Shown: positions 19,346 through 27,827 of the stretch, in pieces
Layout: the number at the start of each line of letters is the position of its first letter
Numbering within the stretch: the first letter of the stretch is position 1
Assembly: GCA_027023915.1 (NCBI GenBank)
Contig: JALVUB010000141.1
Span: 1 to 35,639, forward strand
Length of the DNA stretch: 35,639 bases
DNA from: Sedimenticola sp.
GTDB taxonomy: Bacteria > Pseudomonadota > Gammaproteobacteria > Chromatiales > Chromatiaceae
Direction: 5' to 3'
Notes under the pieces: model-generated
Told to the model about the DNA's origin: nothing
Seen by the model: the letters and a program-made list of their open reading frames with translations, nothing else
Database searches by the model: none
Made by a program: the position numbers and the translations under genes

Positions 19346-20881
19346 TCAGGCCGCCTCCTCTTCTGTCTCCTCTTCGTCCCCACCTTCGTTCTGGCCGGTG
19401 AGGATGATGGCGTTGGACACCAACTGGTGCACGCTCACGATCTGATCCATCTCGAACCCGTAATAGGGGATCACCTTGGTGAACTGTGACTTGCAGATGG
19501 CGCAGATGGCCGCCATGTGGGTCACGCCATGCTCGTCGCTTACCGACTTGAGGGCATCCATGCGTGGCTTGGCGCCCTTCACCCGCAGCTCCATGAGGTC
19601 GTCGGTGAGCAGGCCGCCGCCACCCCCACAGCAGAAAGTGGCCTCGCGGATGGTGCCGTTTGGCATGTCCACATAGTTGTTGCAGACCGCCTTGATGACG
19701 TTGCGCGGGATCTCGAACTGGCCGCCCGGTTTGTCGCCCATGCGGGTGGCTCGTGCCACATTGCAGGAGTCATGGAAGGTAACCACCATGTCGTCGTTGG
19801 CCGACGGATCGAGGTTGAGCTTGCCTTGCTGAATCAGATCCCATGTGAATTCACAAATGTGCTGGGGCACCGGATAGTTGGGATCAAGAAAATCGAAGGG
19901 ACCGGCCAGGGTGTTGAGGAAGGCGTAGGCCACCCGCCAGGCGTGACCGCACTCACCAAAGACGATGCGCTTGACGCCAAGATCGAGCGCTGCCTTGCGG
20001 ATGCGCAGTGCAACCTTGCGCATGTTTTCGTAGGAGCCGATGAACATGCCGAAGTTGGCCGCCTCCGAGGCATAGGAGCTGAGGGTCCAGCTCACCCCCG
20101 CCTCATGGAACACCTTGCCATAACCCATGAGACCATCCACGTGGGGTTCGGCAAAGAAATCGGCGGACGGGGTCACCAGCAGGATCTCGGCGCCCTTCTC
20201 ATCCAGGGGATAGCGCACCTTGACGCCGGTGTCGTCGTAAACATCCTCTTCCAGCCCTTCGAGAGTGTCGGCCAGCGCCGGCTCGGGCAGCCCCAGGTTG
20301 TTGCCGATGCGGTGGACCTTGCCGATAATCTCGTTGCTGTATTTGTCGCCCACGCCGATGCGGTCCATGATTTCCCGCGCGGCCATGGATATCTCGGCGG
20401 TGTCGATGCCGTAGGGGCAGAAGACCGAGCAGCGGCGGCACTGGGAGCACTGGTGGTAGTAGTTGTACCAGTCGTGGAGCACCTCTTCTGTGAGATCCAC
20501 GGCCCCCACCAACTTGGGGAAGAAGCGGCCCGCCAAGGTGAAATAGCGGCGATAGACCTTGCGCAGCAGATCCTGGCGTGCCACCGGCATGTTTTTCGGA
20601 TCGGAAGTGCCCAGAAAATAGTGGCACTTGTCGGTGCAGGCGCCGCACTTCACACAGGCATCCAGAAACACTTGGAACGAGCGGTACTTCTTCAGCAGGT
20701 CGCCCATGGCCTCGATGGCCTTCTCTTTCCAGTTCTCGGGCATCTCGCCCGGGAACCCAAGCGCCTCCATGAATTCCGGCTTGGCCCTGAAGGTCTCCAG
20801 GTGAGCCATGGTATCCGGCTTGATCTTCGGTACTTCTGTGGTACCGGTGATCTCGGGTACTTCAATATTCACTTTAGCCAT
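19346..20881 (-). CDS. dsrK: DsrK, HdrD-like Fe-S protein
   Basis: CVKCGACTDKC, CSQCRRCSVFCP, GECGH, HDSCN, CCGGGGG, CAIC. Confidence 0.95.
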   Translation of the reverse strand: MAKVNIEVPEITGTTEVPKIKPDTMAHLETFRAKPEFMEALGFPGEMPENWKEKAIEAMGDLLKKYRSFQVFLDACVKCGACTDKCHYFLGTSDPKNMPVARQDLLRKVYRRYFTLAGRFFPKLVGAVDLTEEVLHDWYNYYHQCSQCRRCSVFCPYGIDTAEISMAAREIMDRIGVGDKYSNEIIGKVHRIGNNLGLPEPALADTLEGLEEDVYDDTGVKVRYPLDEKGAEILLVTPSADFFAEPHVDGLMGYGKVFHEAGVSWTLSSYASEAANFGMFIGSYENMRKVALRIRKAALDLGVKRIVFGECGHAWRVAYAFLNTLAGPFDFLDPNYPVPQHICEFTWDLIQQGKLNLDPSANDDMVVTFHDSCNVARATRMGDKPGGQFEIPRNVIKAVCNNYVDMPNGTIREATFCCGGGGGLLTDDLMELRVKGAKPRMDALKSVSDEHGVTHMAAICAICKSQFTKVIPYYGFEMDQIVSVHQLVSNAIILTGQNEGGDEEETEEEAA

Positions 20882-20925
20882 GAGCGGAACCTATTCGCCT
20901 CGGAAGTGTTAAGCGTTGACCTTGT

Positions 20926-21663
20926 TCAGGAGTTCTCTTCTTCCAGCTTGCGGGCCCAGGGCGCCAAGTGACGCTGTTCCCTGGGATTGTCCACCATGTT
21001 CCGGGTGGGGCTGAAGAAGATGCCCACGCCGTGCAACAACTTGCTGTAGGGGAAGACGATCATCAGCACCGACACCAGGATCAGGTGGATCACCAGCAGG
21101 GGATCACCAGGCAAAGGCTTGATATGGAAGGTGAGCAGCCCCAATACGAAATCCTTCAACGCCACCACGTCGGTATGGGTGACAAAGGTGGTGGTGGCAC
21201 CGCTCAACCCGATAAGCACCAGCAGCGCCAGCATCAGATGATCCGACGGCGCGGTGATGTAACGCACGCGGTCGATGAGAAAACGACGCGCCCACAGCCC
21301 CAGCAGACCGACGATCATGGCAAAGGCGGCATATTTGCCGAAAGGCTGAACCCAGACAATGGGCGCCGGCACAGGATTGATGAAATAACGCAGATGGCGC
21401 AACAGCACCAAGGCCAGCCCATAATGGAACAGCGCCGCCAGAATCCAGAGAAGCTTGTTGCTCTTGAAAAGGCTTTCGAAAAACACCACCTCACGGAACA
21501 TGCGCAGTACCACGCCGCCCTTGGTTACGGGCGCGGGCGTGGTGGCAATCCTCAAAGGTGCCGGCACCCTGGCATAGAGCCAGATGCGATACCCCACACC
21601 GGTGAGAAAGATCACCGCGGCCAGATAAAAGAGCGCTGCGACAAGAACAGTCAGAAACGACAT
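20926..21663 (-). CDS. dsrM: DsrM, NarI-like membrane cytochrome b
   Basis: Five hydrophobic segments, FHYG...LRHLRYF, HLILV...PYSKLLH, FFSPTRN. Confidence 0.93.
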   Translation of the reverse strand: MSFLTVLVAALFYLAAVIFLTGVGYRIWLYARVPAPLRIATTPAPVTKGGVVLRMFREVVFFESLFKSNKLLWILAALFHYGLALVLLRHLRYFINPVPAPIVWVQPFGKYAAFAMIVGLLGLWARRFLIDRVRYITAPSDHLMLALLVLIGLSGATTTFVTHTDVVALKDFVLGLLTFHIKPLPGDPLLVIHLILVSVLMIVFPYSKLLHGVGIFFSPTRNMVDNPREQRHLAPWARKLEEENS

Positions 21664-21694
21664 GTTTCGAAAACCCTTTCTGTTTGAAACGGAG

Positions 21695-21721
21695 CGGGAA
21701 GGCGCCACCGGCGCCTTCCCG
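21695..21721 (-). other. Perfect 12-bp stem-loop downstream of dsrC
   Basis: CGGGAAGGCGCC-ACC-GGCGCCTTCCCG on the plus strand. Confidence 0.75.
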
Positions 21722-21738
21722 TGTTCGGAAGCGCGTGA

Positions 21739-22071
21739 TTACACGCAGCCGGTCGGCTTGGGCAGGCCGGCATAACGGCAGGCCTGCTTGCCGGGACCGT
21801 AGGGGAAGAGGCCGTACAGGTACTTGCTGTTGCCCTTCTCCTTGCCCAGGCGCTTGCCCACGGCCTTGGTCAGCACCCGCACGGCGGGAGCAATCTGGTA
21901 CTCTTCATAGTACTCGCGCAGGAAGTTGATGATCTCCCAGTGCTCGTCGGTGAGCTCCAGATCATCTTCCTTGGCCATGACTTCAGCCACCGCGGGCTCC
22001 CAGTCATCCAGATTTACCAGGTAACCTTCTTCGTCGGTTTCCAGGGTCTTACCATTCACTTCGATAGGCAT
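21739..22071 (-). CDS. dsrC: DsrC sulfur carrier
   Basis: C-terminal arm GPGKQACRYAGLPKPTGCV with both conserved Cys. Confidence 0.97.
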   Translation of the reverse strand: MPIEVNGKTLETDEEGYLVNLDDWEPAVAEVMAKEDDLELTDEHWEIINFLREYYEEYQIAPAVRVLTKAVGKRLGKEKGNSKYLYGLFPYGPGKQACRYAGLPKPTGCV

Positions 22072-22124
22072 CTTTCTCTCTCCTAGCTAATCAATACAAA
22101 GAACTTTTCCTTCGCTCGCTGTTG

Positions 22125-22433
22125 TCAGACCCAGGCCTGAACCTTGTCGCAAGCGTCCACCAGATCCACGAAGCCCGCGTAATCCACCATCTCCACGCCT
22201 TCTATAAGCCGGTCGGCCTTCAGGCCGCGGGCCTTGAAGTCGGGCTCCAGTACGTACACCTTTTTATCTGCCAGCGCACCGCTCACTTTGTCGGATGCCG
22301 CAGTGCCGGCAACAGCCGCGTAAACCCCATCCTCGTAGAGCAGGATGGAAGAACCGGGCTTGGACAGGCGCAGGCAGGTATCCAGCGAGGGCCTCTCGAA
22401 AGGCGATTTGTTCACAGTGTGCAGATCGCTCAT
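22125..22433 (-). CDS. dsrH: DsrH
   Basis: LHTVNKSPF, LLYEDGVY, DFKARG, DYAGFVDLV. Confidence 0.93.
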   Translation of the reverse strand: MSDLHTVNKSPFERPSLDTCLRLSKPGSSILLYEDGVYAAVAGTAASDKVSGALADKKVYVLEPDFKARGLKADRLIEGVEMVDYAGFVDLVDACDKVQAWV

Positions 22434-22446
22434 CTTTTAATTCTCC

Positions 22447-22854
22447 TCAGAAGCTGAATACCACGTCGGACGCTTCCAGCAGCTCGGCGAGCTTGGCGGA
22501 ATCGACCACTTCAACGATGTTGTCCACCGTCTCCTCGGTCTCCCAGTCCTCCCAGGGCACCACCTGAAGGTCATCCTGGGTGAGACCACGGGATTCCAGG
22601 GAATCCTTGTCCACATAGATATGACGAACCTCGTAGTCGCCCAGGGTTTTATAGGTGGGCGAGAAGTTCTTCATGCCGATGCCGCTGGTGTCCTGCCCGG
22701 TGACAAGCTGGTAAACGCCGTCATCCACGAAGGCCAGGCTCACCGCCTGCTCAAAAGCAGCGGCGATGAGCACCACCTCCAGGGACTCCCAAGCGTAAAT
22801 GGTGCCGTAGGGCGCGCGGCGATTGAGGAACATGAACTGTTTCTTGTCAGACAT
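22447..22854 (-). CDS. dsrF: DsrF
   Basis: RRAPYGTIYAWESLEVVLI, FVDDGVYQL, SLESRGL. Confidence 0.93.
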   Translation of the reverse strand: MSDKKQFMFLNRRAPYGTIYAWESLEVVLIAAAFEQAVSLAFVDDGVYQLVTGQDTSGIGMKNFSPTYKTLGDYEVRHIYVDKDSLESRGLTQDDLQVVPWEDWETEETVDNIVEVVDSAKLAELLEASDVVFSF

Positions 22855-22869
22855 CGATCAATCCTCCCG

Positions 22870-23262
22870 TCAATCGCCAAACACAACCAACTTGTCACAC
22901 TGGATGGCCGCCTCAACGAGCTGCCCCAGACCGGAGATCCGAAAACGGGGCGCAAGGTTGGTGGCGTCCTTCCCGTTGCGCTGGGCCTCGCCCTCGTCCA
23001 CGATGCCGCGACGCTGGGCGGCGGCGACGCAGACCACCAAGTCGAGATCGTACTTTTCCGCCAGCTCCATCCAATTGTTGACCACATTGCGATCATCCTG
23101 GGGAGGCGTGGTCAGGCGGGTGCTGTTGAGCACACCGTCGTGGTAGAAGAAGACACGGAAGCACTCGTGCCCCTTTTCCAGCGCCGCCTTGGTGAAGTGG
23201 TAGGCGGAGTCGGAGGCCTGGTGTTGGTAAGGCCCTTCGTTTACCTGAATCGCGAATTTCAT
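22870..23262 (-). CDS. dsrE: DsrE sulfurtransferase
   Basis: VFFYHDGV, active-site VCVAAAQRRG, ISGLGQL. Confidence 0.95.
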   Translation of the reverse strand: MKFAIQVNEGPYQHQASDSAYHFTKAALEKGHECFRVFFYHDGVLNSTRLTTPPQDDRNVVNNWMELAEKYDLDLVVCVAAAQRRGIVDEGEAQRNGKDATNLAPRFRISGLGQLVEAAIQCDKLVVFGD

Positions 23263-23285
23263 GAGCGGTGTGACTCCTCAGCCGT

Positions 23286-24359
23286 TCAGAAGCGGATGTG
23301 CGCGGACTGGTTCAGGTTGTTGCGGCTGCCGCGCCAGTTGTCGATGTGATACTTGGTGAACGGCAGGCCGGTCAGCTCGAAGAAACGCTTCCAGCCGATC
23401 CGCTCGACCCACTCGCCCATGCGCTCCCACTCCTTGGCGTTCTCCTTGTAAGCCTTGAGAATCTTCTTGACGATCTCGGCAACCTCGGGCCAGCGGGGCG
23501 CGTTGTTGGGGATGTTGGAAGCCACCAGCTTGTGGAACATGGGCTTGGAACGGGCGTTGGAGTGCTTGCCGCCAACCCAGATCGACAGCCGGGTGTACTC
23601 GGAGTCGTTGATCTGCATCGGCGGGCAGGGCGGGAAGCAGGCGCCGCAGCAGACGCACTTCTTCTCATCCACCTCCAGGGTGGGCTTGCCGTTCACCATG
23701 GCGGGACGGATGGCCGCCACCGGGCAACGGGCCACCACGGCGGGACGCTCGCAGGCGTTGGCCACCAGATCGTGGTTGATCTTCGGCGGCTTGGTGTGCT
23801 GCACGTTGATGGCGATATCGCCCTGGCCGCCACAGTTGATCTGACAGCAGGAGGTGGTGATGTGCACCCGGTTGGGCATCTCCTCGTTTTTGAACTCGTC
23901 GTAGAGCTGGTCCATCATCGACTTCACCACACCCGAAGCATCGGTGCCGGGAATGTCGCAGTGCAGCCAGCCCTGGGTGTGGGAAAGCATGGTCACCGAG
24001 TTGCCGGTACCGCCCACGGGATAACCCAGGCCCTCCAGGCGCTCGATAAGGGGCTCCACCTTGGACTCGTCGGTGGTCATGAACTCCATGTTGCCGCGCA
24101 TGGTGAAGCGGATGTAGCCGTCGCAGAACTCGTCGGCGATGTCGCAGATGGTACGCAGGCTCAGGATATCCCACTGACGCGGAGAACCAGCCTTGACGGT
24201 CCACACCTCGTCACCGCTCTTGGCCACGTGGTGCAAAACACCGGGACGCGGACGGTCGTGGTAGGCCCACTGGCCGTAGTTTTTGCGCAGCACGGGATGC
24301 ATGTACTGGAAATGGTCCGGCGTACCGGACTCGATGGGCATGCGAGGTTGGTCGGACAT
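23286..24359 (-). CDS. dsrB: Dissimilatory sulfite reductase beta subunit (reverse type)
   Basis: HTQGWLHCDIP, SCCQINCGG, CVCCGACFPPCP, PNNAPRWPE, WERMGEW. Confidence 0.97.
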   Translation of the reverse strand: MSDQPRMPIESGTPDHFQYMHPVLRKNYGQWAYHDRPRPGVLHHVAKSGDEVWTVKAGSPRQWDILSLRTICDIADEFCDGYIRFTMRGNMEFMTTDESKVEPLIERLEGLGYPVGGTGNSVTMLSHTQGWLHCDIPGTDASGVVKSMMDQLYDEFKNEEMPNRVHITTSCCQINCGGQGDIAINVQHTKPPKINHDLVANACERPAVVARCPVAAIRPAMVNGKPTLEVDEKKCVCCGACFPPCPPMQINDSEYTRLSIWVGGKHSNARSKPMFHKLVASNIPNNAPRWPEVAEIVKKILKAYKENAKEWERMGEWVERIGWKRFFELTGLPFTKYHIDNWRGSRNNLNQSAHIRF

Positions 24360-24398
24360 GCGTACCTCCTAAAATTCTGAAATTCGTCTGTAGCCTTG

Positions 24399-24429
24399 AA
24401 CCGGCCGCGGAAAAACTCCGCGACCGGTT
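24399..24429 (-). other. 13-bp stem-loop between dsrA and dsrB
   Basis: Minus strand AACCGGTCGCGGA-GTTTT-TCCGCGGCCGGTT. It is fully paired (one U-G) only on the dsr sense strand. Confidence 0.7.
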
Positions 24430-24445
24430 GTGGTGGATTCGGGAA

Positions 24446-25714
24446 TCAGCTGGCCGCCGCTTTCTGGCGCTCTTCCCACTTGGCGGCTTCCTCGTCCCAG
24501 CCGTCCATGCGGACGTAGCTGCTGGTGCGCGGACGCTCCACCATGTTGGGATCGACATCCACGCCGATACCCTCGAGGAAGTTGGCCAGGCCGATGCGCT
24601 CGATCATCTCGCCGGTGCGCTCGTGCTCCAGGGCGTTTTCGGCGAAGAAGTCGATGATCTCCTCGGCCAGCTCCACCAGCTTCTCCACGTCCTCCTCGGT
24701 CTCCACCTTCATGAAGGGGATCAGCACGGTGCCGAAGAGGTCGCCGATCTTGAGGGTGCGCTTGCCGCCGATGAGGATGGTGGCACCCTTGTCGTCGCCG
24801 GGGTGCAGCGCCTTGGTCATGACGTTGATGCAGTGCATGCAGCGCACGCAGTCCTTGTTGTTCACCTCGAGGGTGTCGTCGTCATGCAGGGTCAGGGCGT
24901 TGGTGGGGCAGCGGGTGATGACGTTGTCGATAACGTACTTGCGGCCCTTCTTCTCCACGAAGGCTTTTACCTCGTCCTGGTCCACCTTCATGTCGTCGCG
25001 CCAAGTACCGATGATGGCCATGTCGGCGCGCTGGATGGAGTTGGTGCAGTCGTTGGCGCAGCCGCTCACCTTGAACTTGAACTTGTAGGGAAGCGCCGGG
25101 CGGTGCATGTCATCCTGGAAGTTGTTGAGCAGGGTGCGCATGATGTTGTGCTCGTCGATGTTGGAGTGCTCGCAACGGGCCGCACCCACGCAGGACATGC
25201 CGGTGCGCACGCAGGGGCCGGCGCCGCCGAGGTCAAAGCCCAGCTCGTTCATCTCGTCGAAGCAGGGCTGCACGGCGTCGGACTCCATGCCCACCAGCAT
25301 CAGGTTGCCGGTCTGACCATGGAGGCAGATCATGCCGGAGCCGTGACGCTCGTCGATATCGATGATCTTGCGCAGCACGTCGGTGTTGTAGAAGAAGCCC
25401 GGCGGGGGCTGGATGCGCATGGTGTGGAACTCGGCGGCCTTGGGGAAACGGGGGTTGCCCTCGTCGTCCTTCAGCTCGGTGAAGCGGGGAATGATGCCGC
25501 CGCCGTAACCGAACACGGTAATGGTGCCGCCCTTCCAGTAGCCGAGGCGGGTTTCGTAGGAAGTCTCCAATTGCCCCAGCAGATCGTTGGCCATGGCGTT
25601 GATGCGCTCGCTGGGATGCTCATCGCGCAGGCGCTTGATGCCCTTGATGAAGCTCGGCCAGGGACCTTCCTCGAGCTGGTCAATCATGGGGGTATGGTGT
25701 TTTTCGATCGCCAT
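24446..25714 (-). CDS. dsrA: Dissimilatory sulfite reductase alpha subunit (reverse type)
   Basis: GPWPSF, YWKGG, SCVGAARC and GCANDC siroheme-[4Fe-4S] motifs, CVRCMHCIN. The dsrEFH, dsrL and dsrRS context indicates the oxidative direction. Confidence 0.97.
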   Translation of the reverse strand: MAIEKHHTPMIDQLEEGPWPSFIKGIKRLRDEHPSERINAMANDLLGQLETSYETRLGYWKGGTITVFGYGGGIIPRFTELKDDEGNPRFPKAAEFHTMRIQPPPGFFYNTDVLRKIIDIDERHGSGMICLHGQTGNLMLVGMESDAVQPCFDEMNELGFDLGGAGPCVRTGMSCVGAARCEHSNIDEHNIMRTLLNNFQDDMHRPALPYKFKFKVSGCANDCTNSIQRADMAIIGTWRDDMKVDQDEVKAFVEKKGRKYVIDNVITRCPTNALTLHDDDTLEVNNKDCVRCMHCINVMTKALHPGDDKGATILIGGKRTLKIGDLFGTVLIPFMKVETEEDVEKLVELAEEIIDFFAENALEHERTGEMIERIGLANFLEGIGVDVDPNMVERPRTSSYVRMDGWDEEAAKWEERQKAAAS

Positions 25715-26146
25715 AATGAGTCTCCTGACTAGATCGTGAATGCGTTAATTCTTTCCGGGGCCTTGGCACCACCGGGAACATCCGAAGCAATCGGCCTAGG
25801 CGGCGCCGGTCCGAAACTGTTGTCACTCCTCATGACGTCGGTCGGATTTGTGGGCTCCGACCTTCATCAGCAGTTGCTAACTGTAGCCGAGCCTTCCCCC
25901 GGAAACACTCTGCCATCGGAGGTATTCCCATCCTGAGCGCCTATCTCCAATGGGATAGGAATGCCGGCAAAGCACCGTATAGAAAGCCTGAACAATCCCG
26001 GCAAACACCTGAAAGCACAAGGTTTTTTGCCTTCAGGCGCAAGACTGAAAAGCAGAATCAGTATTTTAGCGTATACTCATTCCGCAAAATTGACGGCAGA
26101 TGGTAGACAAAGGCGGGCATCCGAGTCAACCGGCATGGATACAGTG

Positions 26147-26160
26147 TTGATCTGGGTCAA
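26147..26160. promoter_or_regulatory. FNR/Anr-like box
   Basis: TTGATCTGGGTCAA versus TTGAT-N4-ATCAA (1 mismatch). Confidence 0.5.
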
Positions 26161-26206
26161 ACCAATCCCATATTCTGAAACGTGACTGTCAGCCGAGGTG
26201 ATCTCG

Positions 26207-26410
26207 ATGATGAATAACGAACCCCTTGCACTTAGCAACATCCTGGTCTCCAACTATGAGCTGGAGAGCTTCGAGGAACTTCTGGAGCTTGTGCGCGAGT
26301 ACGCGCGCGCAGGCGAGCGCTTTCTCAAAACCGACGTGAAACCGGAATTTCCAGATACGCCGGTTGACTGGGAAGACCGTATCGAAGCCGCCTTCTGCGG
26401 CAGGGTGTGA
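26207..26410 (+). CDS. Small acidic hypothetical protein (67 aa)
   Basis: GAGGTG RBS 6 nt before the ATG. DVKPEFPDTPVDWEDRIEAAF. GTGA overlap with the next gene. Confidence 0.75.
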   Translation: MMNNEPLALSNILVSNYELESFEELLELVREYARAGERFLKTDVKPEFPDTPVDWEDRIEAAFCGRV

Positions 26411-27126
26411 ACGTGGACTTTCTCGATCCCGGGCAGCAGCCCGACGTGAAGCCCGTCTCGCCTGCTCAGGAAGCGGCGGAGAAGGCACGCCTTGAGGGCG
26501 AGCTTTCCGAGCTGCGGCAGCGCCACGCGGAACTGCCCGCCGATGGGCCTGAACGCCACGAGCTGGCGTTGGAGATAGCGCGCAACCTGGCGCTGCTGGA
26601 GCGGGGCGACGAAGCCTGGCCGCTGGCGCGCGAGGCGCTGGACCATTTCATCGCCGGCGAACAGTGGCAGCCCGCCGCCGAGGCGTGCGAGGTACTCTAC
26701 CTGGCCGACCAGCCCCAGTCACTGGCGGCACTGGGCCAGGGCATCTGGCTGGCGGTGACCTATCCCATCGATCCGGAGGTGACCCTCACGCTGTTGCAGC
26801 ACTTTATCGATGACACACCGCCCGACGCCGATGGCGCCGCCGTGGCTGCGGCCACCGCCGCCTTTGTTGTCGATCTGCGGGCCACGGACCCGAAACAGCG
26901 GGAGGATCTGCTCTTCTTCACCCAGCAGATGCTGGGCAACGTGGCCCGGCGCCACAGTCAGGTGGAAAACCAGGCGCAATTCGATTACTGGATCGAGAAG
27001 CTGGAACTGAACCAGCCGGACAAGTTCCTGGTACGGCTGCGCAACATCGTGGACGTACTGGTACAGGACGACTGGTGGTTCGACCGCGAGGCATTGCAGG
27101 CGCGGCTGCCGGACCCGGAGGAGTAA
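26407..27126 (+). CDS. Alpha-helical (TPR-like) hypothetical protein (239 aa)
   Basis: Long ORF with host-like codon use and Ala/Leu/Glu-rich helical segments, coupled to the genes on both sides. Confidence 0.8.
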   Translation: MNVDFLDPGQQPDVKPVSPAQEAAEKARLEGELSELRQRHAELPADGPERHELALEIARNLALLERGDEAWPLAREALDHFIAGEQWQPAAEACEVLYLADQPQSLAALGQGIWLAVTYPIDPEVTLTLLQHFIDDTPPDADGAAVAAATAAFVVDLRATDPKQREDLLFFTQQMLGNVARRHSQVENQAQFDYWIEKLELNQPDKFLVRLRNIVDVLVQDDWWFDREALQARLPDPEE

Positions 27127-27128
27127 CC

Positions 27129-27815
27129 ATGTTCTGGGAAGAGGAGACGGAGCAGGAGATCCCGGAAGAGTCCAACCGGGTGGTGGATCTTTCCTTCCCC
27201 ATCCGCAGCCGCATGCTGCCGGTGGACCACCTGCACGCCTTGCGCCAGGCGCTGCTGGCCCACCTGCCCGAGCTGGAGGCGTGGCGGGTGGGCGTTCACG
27301 AGATCCACCTGGCCGGCTCCCAGAACGGCTGGGAACGCCCGGACCCCGCCCTGGGACAGCACCTGATCCCCTCGCGGCGCACCCGCATGCAACTGCGGGT
27401 GCCGGTGGAGTTTGCCGACGAGCTGGCGGCGCGGCTGTCCGGCCACACCCTCGACCTCGGCGACTTCGAACTCACCCTGGGCGAGCCCAGACGCAAGCCG
27501 CTCTTCAGCCACCCCACACTTTACGCCCGCCACATGAAGATGGAAGCCGGCGAGGCCGAGGACGAAAACCGCTTTCTTGAACGCATGGCCAGCGAACTCA
27601 GGGCCAGGCAAATCCGGGTGAAGAAGGCCCTTTGCGGCAAGACCACGGAGATTGCAACTCCCGACGGCCCCTGGATCACCCGCAGCCTGATGCTGGCCGA
27701 CCTCTCCCCCGGCCATTCCCTGCTGCTGCAAGAAGAAGGGCTGGGCGGCAACCGCCAGATGGGCTGCGGCCTTTTCCTGCCCATGAAGGGCATCCAGACA
27801 CTGGCAGCCGAATAG
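27129..27815 (+). CDS. cas6: Stand-alone Cas6 endoribonuclease-like protein (Cmx6/type I-MYXAN-like)
   Basis: N-terminal VDLSFPI...LPVDH, GVHEIH, SRRTRMQLRVP, LSGHTLDLG and the C-terminal Gly-rich loop LQEEGLGGNRQMGCGLFLP (GhGxxxxxGhG). GAGGAG RBS. Confidence 0.85.
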   Translation: MFWEEETEQEIPEESNRVVDLSFPIRSRMLPVDHLHALRQALLAHLPELEAWRVGVHEIHLAGSQNGWERPDPALGQHLIPSRRTRMQLRVPVEFADELAARLSGHTLDLGDFELTLGEPRRKPLFSHPTLYARHMKMEAGEAEDENRFLERMASELRARQIRVKKALCGKTTEIATPDGPWITRSLMLADLSPGHSLLLQEEGLGGNRQMGCGLFLPMKGIQTLAAE

Positions 27816-27827
27816 CCCGATGAGCCG

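Noticed and set aside
25736-26185. Small ORFs 25736..25936 and 25961..26185
   Set aside because: They lack convincing RBS or protein features. The region is better explained as promoter and leader.
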